A stretch of DNA of 51,712 bases from Phoronis australis (lineage: Eukaryota > Animalia > Phoronida): assembly GCA_002633005.1 (NCBI GenBank), contig NMRA01001127.1, positions 1 through 51,712 on the forward strand, given 5' to 3'. Both the position numbers and the translations under genes were made by a program. Positions 45,265-51,712 of the stretch are shown in pieces. The notes beneath the pieces were generated by a model, which saw only the letters and a list, made by a program, of their open reading frames with translations, was not told the DNA's origin and did no database searches. Position 1 is the stretch's first letter. The number at the start of each line of letters is the position of its first letter.

Positions 45265-45712
45265 GGCCTGGGTTCTAATCTTTTTACTCGAACTGGAACT
45301 CGAAATTATGTTTGGCATTTTCTACTCTGCTAATGTTGGAACTCAAGATAAGTGTCTATTACTCTATGCTGGAGTACACAATGGCTTACGTGGATAATTT
45401 ATTAGTCCTAGTTTGCAGTTGATAAACCCAACATTAAGGCTAAAAGTTTGAGTTTGAACTAGAGATTTCGAGTTTTTACTCGAGTTTGTGGCACAAACAT
45501 CAGGGTCATCAAGTACAGACTTGGACTAGAAACTCACATGCGTAAACTATAATGTATTTGAGCACAGTGTAATAACCACTTATCTTGAGTTCGTACAAAA
45601 GTAGCAGAAAATTGCCAAAAATAATTTTGAGTTCGTTTCGAGAACAAAAGTAGCAGAAAAATTGACAAAAATAATTTTGAGTTCGTTTCGAGTACAAAGA
45701 TTAGATTCCGGG
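45265..45712. mobile_element. Long imperfect inverted-repeat element; related copy at ~4828-5200
   Basis: Arm tctaatctttttactcgaa...gaactcaagataagtg (45273-45355) is mirrored by cacttatcttgagttc...ttcgagtacaaagattaga (45577-45705); internal ~50-bp tandem duplication. Confidence 0.6.
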
Positions 45713-45754
45713 ACAAAGTGCAGGGAAAAATAGCAAGTCGACACGAAGTCATTA

Positions 45755-45900
45755 CAGCGATTAGCAAAGTCAGACAATAATTCCCCCGAAGACCGTATCA
45801 AAATTTGTGGTGACTTCTAAACTTTAAAGGAACAACATTTTTCTTGATTCAATACCTTCGGTCCACGATTGTCCCATTTATTTCATGAAATCAGTGCATT
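45755..45900 (+). mobile_element. Possible short Ty3/gypsy RT remnant
   Basis: Reads DRIKICGDF*TL then PRLSHLFHEIS, resembling gypsy RT RICGDFKVT / PRIEDLF; short and disrupted. Confidence 0.35.
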
Positions 45901-47174
45901 TGCCTCGCCAATCAGCACGTGTACATCAAACACGCACTTAGATTACAACAGACGGAAGTTGGTAATGAGAATGCAGAGTGGCACAGCGTTCTTTTTTTCT
46001 GCTCGGCGACATTCCGGCGTTAATTTTGGCAACCTCAGATTTCATTTGCAACCTGTTAACTTTGGTGACAGAGGTGCCATAACAAAATTTTGCTTGTCTT
46101 CTATTTTGTGTCCAAATTTGGTAATATTTTACTATTCGCAGAGTTATAGGGTAATTGTTTTTAAGTCAGAAAACATTGGTTTGAGAGTCAAAACGTTTAC
46201 ATGCTCATTACAAGGGTGTTAATCACTCACAAGACTGCCAAACAAACGAGAACTAGTAATTATATTTGCTAACCACCAGTGAAAAAATCTATGGTAGCCA
46301 GACTGTGTAGACCAATACATTACAATAAGCTGAAGGTTTAAGGAAGCTTGGACTGACATGTAATGCTTACTCATCCAAAACAAGAAAGATAAACACACTC
46401 CAATGTAACCAGTCAGACTGAACAGTTTGATAAAGCTTCCAATAGATTTGCAAAAGGAAAAGCCAACAGTCTATCCTCCTCGCCATAAATGACAAGTCTT
46501 CCAGTCAGAAGACAGGCATTTCCAACTAGAACTGCAGTTCAGCAACAGATCAGGATGAAATGTCTTTATTTAGGACGCTGTGTGGCAAACAATTGGAACT
46601 TTATTGTGTCAANCGCATGTTTTTCACCCATCGGTCCTATCATTGTTTTCCTTTGTTGTGTCATTGTTAGATGTAACAACACAGGTCGCTTGGATATAGA
46701 ACCTTGCGTACATCAGACCGTTGCCGATAAGTGCTCGTCATTATATCTTTATTATAACAACGAAAACAATGAAGATGCTAATTTATTGTTCTCTATGCGA
46801 CCAGGTTTCCAGTGGATGACCACAGAAGAGGAATCCCAAAGTATCCCCAAACAATGACCACGCACCTTAGTAACTATTACCGCGCACAGGAATCCTTTCC
46901 GTGGAACCTGAACACCAAATTTTTATATCGGTGTATTGTGTTGTATTGCTCATGGTACGGGTTCAGACTCTGTTGTATTAAGATTCCAATCCCCAACCCT
47001 GTAATATGTAGTTTGAGTAAAATTTCTAGACAATGCAGGTTTATGGATTTATTCTCCTTCAAATGAAGAGTAAAAATCAAATTCTGCACAGGTTTTATAA
47101 AAGCAATCACTTATTGGAAGATCACACATCTAAAAAATAAAACAATGTTTGACAATTTTATTCATTATCTTATT

Positions 47175-50100
47175 AAGACGTGTATGTAACTGCACTGGCA
47201 TGCAACTGAGAATTTTTATTTACATCTTACGCCAGGTTTGCGACCACACAGCAATTAAAAGTGGCACACGTTACCCAAGAACCCTTACCTCAATAAGGAG
47301 GATTGAGTTGTCACAATTGGGCGAGTAACACTACTTAAAATAGCATCCAGAAAAATCACAACTCTAGCGACAAAGCCGGCAATTCGTTCCAAGAGTATGA
47401 TTTGTTTTTGTGGTACGTAAATTTGAGTGTGGACGGCGCTTGGGCAACATACCTTAACAGTCTGAACAAAGGCACGATACACAGAAACTTCCACTAACTT
47501 GCACTCTATCAGAACATCCAGTCGCAAAATCTTAAGTCAGTGATCATAAATGCTTACACATCCTACACTCAATACTCAGTGACTGAAGCAGACACACCAA
47601 GATGGCATGAAGACGCGATTCGCCTTATGCAAATCAATCGGTTTCACAAAGTGTTTCGCAAACACTCAAGAAAGCAAATACAAGGATTTAATTAATATAG
47701 CTCCAACCAGATGGGAGACTCATTTGTACGCACTGACATCTATAATACACGCGTAGTCAAACTCTTGTTTTTCGTCTATGTACAGTGAACAGCATAGCAA
47801 AGCAGTGAAATTAATTTGTCATTTTTGTCAGCAAAAATCAGCTAATATCAACCAAAAACCAATGAAATTCTGAACACGCTAAAAGCGGAGTGAGCTTTTG
47901 AGAAGTGGGAAAGTGATAACTTTGGCAGGGTTATTTTTGGTTGAATCTGAAAACGCTTATCCGCGAAAGTTAAATGAAAACAAGACAAATTCAGCCACAG
48001 ATACCATGATTCTATTAATCTTGGTTTATAATTATCAAGATATTAAGACCACAATTCATCAAATTCAACATAATCTGGCTACAAACTAATCAGCGATTAA
48101 AGCAGACATCTTGTAGTCGCAGTTCATTCTTTCCGAAGGTGGCGCAGATCTCTTTCCCATTTAAAGAAACAACAAGCAAGGCGAGCAGGCGGTGCAGCAA
48201 GGTATCGGTAAAACGGAGCTGCAGCATGTAAATTCGATAGAAAAAATAAGGTGATTCTTACACTGCTCTTATGTTCTTCATTACTTTCAGAAATAGTAAA
48301 ATGAAATTTGATAATTTATGAAATAAATATGAAAAAACAGATTTTCCTTGCTAAACGGATTTCTATGTTTTCGAAAACGGAAAAACTATGTTCTCCACAA
48401 CTGAAAACGAATACTCACTGACTGACCAAGCAGCAGTCTCTCAACTGAACCTACTAACAATGCAAACTGGAGGCCTATGGTCACATCAATATATCATGGC
48501 TAGGTCTTATCACACACTCCTCCTCTTGAGATAACACACATTCTGATAGTCATGACTCACCCATTGTTCAGCCATCATATTTACAATCCATTGCTACCAA
48601 TTGACCATTGTTTTGAGTTGTAAAGTATAAACTTGAGGAGGAATGCAGTGCTTAACAAACATATCACATGACAATCCTAACCTAATAATATGAAAAAGAT
48701 CCATAAAATCGCAACAAGAGATTTTAACTAATTGATTCTTTCCTACTTCAGAGACTAAAAACTACGAAACAGGCAAAATATAGTGTTGCTCTCATGTGAA
48801 ATTCAATGGAAGTAACCCGTAAATTTTTTCGCTAAAATTTCAATAAGAATTTTTGAATTATGACATCTATTTTCTAGATCTGACCAAATTTGCCTCGACT
48901 AATAACAGGAATCTTTATTCATGGTCATGAGTTACCAAACATTTACTCAATTAGTGTCTGTGTCTGCCAACAGGAGCGACAAAAACAGTGGTATTCCAGC
49001 AGTCAGTAAGAATCCTTGGGGATACAGCCATTTGTAGCATGAATCCTCTTAATATTTTTCTGAAATGTTTCTGGGATTTTAAAATACGTCGGAACACGGC
49101 TCTTAACAAACTGGACTCATTTATTGGTGCCGGGGAAAACAAAGACAAAACGAAGTTTTGATCTTAAGGGACTTGTGCGTCTACACGCCAATACGACCGT
49201 TGGCATTGAAAACGAATGCTACGAGTCGCCTCAGACCTCTGTCGTCATGAACACAGAAAGTTGTGAAAAGAGATAAATCCTCACCCTAATTCCTTAATTG
49301 ACAATTCGATGTTTCAATCTCATGCTAACGACATACAATTCTTACTTGGTTTCGTATCAGTATCCCAGCACGCGAAACGTACAGGCTATGAACTGTGACC
49401 TACATAACTGACTATACGTGCAAATGTTTGGGTGGGTAATGGTCGGATATAACATGTCCAAATTTTGAGAACCAGTTTTCTGCACTGAATAACTGGCATC
49501 AAACTGGTTCTCAAAATACAGTCATGTTATATCTGACTAATGCCATTTGGGTGCTTTGGATAAAACAACTATAATTAATAAAAGTCTGCGAAAAGTCTGA
49601 GATAAAACAAAAGAACTATGGAACTATGAAAGTACATAAGACAAGAATGGGTAAAATTACACAAACTTGAATGCATAAATTGAAATTAAGAAACAAAATA
49701 CATCTATTTTAATTGCTAGAACCCTGGACGATCTCTTTCTCTTTCTAATGGAAAGCATTTTCTTTCCTGTTATGAAAACATTCTAGACATAGTAGACACA
49801 CGTGGTTAAGTAACCTGGCTTGTAATTTGGACTTAATAAGCAAACGAGTAGGACGGAAATGTGCAAGATATTTAGTTTCAGAAAATCGGTAACCAAAACA
49901 AAGAAAAAGAAACACATATGGTTGACCTCAAACACAGTTACAGTAAAAACTCTCCAGATTGGTACAGTCTCTGAAATTTGGGACACTGGAATTAGAGCTG
50001 AAATTGAATTTTCTTTATTCTGAAGATTGGGACACGGGTGAGCTTGACATCAAATCTATCACAAACTACAGATGACTCAAGTTGCAGAGGAAGTGGTTTT

Positions 50101-51712
50101 AGAAACCTTTCTTCTCAACAAATAATTATTTATCATTTCTTAAAGCTCTAGTTATGGTTTCAGTTTCATCAGAGTCATCACCAAGTGCTAGAACACCTTT
50201 TCCCTGTCATAACCAAGTGTGAGATAATGAATACCAATTAGTTATTATAATACTCTTCTAAACATGTACTGAGACTATATTGATAAATGCTGTGACACTA
50301 GATGGCGACACAGTATATGGTAAGTAAACATCCAGCACCACCTACTGCTCGTGTAGTGTGGATGAACACTGAAGCAGAGGGGTATTGCAGCGTTTTCTTA
50401 ACTCTGCGATCATCACGACATTAAAATACCATTGCTGTGTGGTGGCACGCTCTTAAAGATGACAACCAGCAATGCAAATATATAATGTCCCAAAATTTGT
50501 GTGAACGAAAGGCTCCGGTATGCACACAGACCAACTGGAAAAAGCTAATCTGCAAACTAGAAAGTGCCCTTCGTAATGAGATATGTCTTGATTTTTGTGA
50601 AAAACAGTAGGTATTTCAAAATGCACTACATGGTATAAAACCTACAACCTCACAACAAGACCAAGAAGGAGAATCTCTCTAAAGACTAAAGATAAAACAC
50701 TCAGAAATTTCGGACAAAAAAATTGACAAAATTGCCATTTTCTCATATTTGAAGGTCTTCTCACACTGTTGTCAATGCCCCAAATTTTGTCAGATGACAA
50801 CTATGGTACAGTACTTCAGTGTTAATTCATTGCTCGATTATCCTTGACACCTGGTAAGATTTCACCATAGTGCGTGTTCAACCATGTAAGAGGAGGAAGT
50901 GCGACCTAGTGGGATAATTGTCGCTTCCTTTGCTCAAGGTCGTGGGTTCGAGTCCTACTGGGGCACACTGTTAGACCGACCCATGAGTCAGGTCTACAGC
51001 TCCTCAGCTCAGTTTTAACTATACATTAATAGAGCATCAAATGGTTCCAGGTGATCAGTGCAAAGGTCCCAGCTGAGAGGCCAACGCATGACTGGTGCAA
51101 CGTGTACTAGACCGCCTGCAATTATTTTTTAACCATGCGACAAATGAGGAGGCTTAGACAGGGACTCTCTCCTGAAAGTCAAGGCTATCCCTACATGCGA
51201 AAACCCCAAGGAGACTTAAAGTGAGAATATCCTGTATAATGTTCGACTAAATCATTAAACAACAAGCCCCAGGCTAATAAGGAACTCTTAATGATGTAGA
51301 GATCTCAACCAAGCAGAATTTATCTTCCACATGTCTAGCTTGTTCCTGGGGGGTACTTCCATTGGAGAGGTATACGAGCATGCTTCTCAGGAGGGTGTCG
51401 TTTCCATAACTAGTTTCCCTACAAAAGCACACCTTGTCTGACAACTCCAAACACAAAGGTTCACTTTGGAAGTCGGGAAGCTCCACGAAAGGTTTTTCCA
51501 ACAACACCAAAACTACAGAGAAAGTTTCAATATTATCCATAATTCAAACACTTTTGCTGCAAATAATTTACTTAATTTTTTAAACATGGCCATATTCTTG
51601 TGCTGTTTCGTGTGTAATGGGTTGAAAATCCTGTTGTCCAAAAATCCCTTCAAACAAAATACTACGAAACGGTGATTTTTCATGGGAGCTTCCCGCAAAT
51701 GGATTCCCTTTG
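47175..51712 (+). repeat. Copy 2 of the dispersed duplication (runs off window)
   Basis: Same orientation as copy 1; lacks blocks ~26295-26415, ~27570-27955 and ~28276-29238. Confidence 0.92.
50892..51265 (+). mobile_element. tRNA-derived SINE (duplicate copy)
   Basis: Same element as 30726-31103, within duplication copy 2. Confidence 0.65.

Overview
Eukaryotic, AT-rich, intron-rich animal DNA from a gapped draft assembly (39-N gap at 9678-9716; single-n contig joins at 12335, 13694, 18639, 25417, 46613). The repeat types suggest a marine invertebrate, probably a lophotrochozoan (inference). I reconstructed two spliced genes by hand, both on the minus strand with GT-AG introns and consistent phases. 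(1) FRMD4A/B orthologue: 15 coding exons, 43193->10648, covering the FERM domain and the first part of the CUPID/DUF3338 coiled coil; the rest of the gene is not visible. (2) TTC38-like gene: first 7 coding exons, 6456->511, continuing off the window. Introns hold a Kolobok-like deletion derivative, two Penelope remnants, a Helentron-type (HINE) element with an array of CTCF-like motifs, tRNA-derived SINEs, MITEs, minisatellites, two probable haplotig duplications and one older ~6 kb duplication. Most ORFs in the supplied track are spurious. I found no clear new multi-gene system. The best leads are a 35-aa frame-preserving exon inside the FERM F3 lobe, the CTCF-like array, and duplicated exon boundaries. 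All homology calls are from recalled sequences, not database searches.
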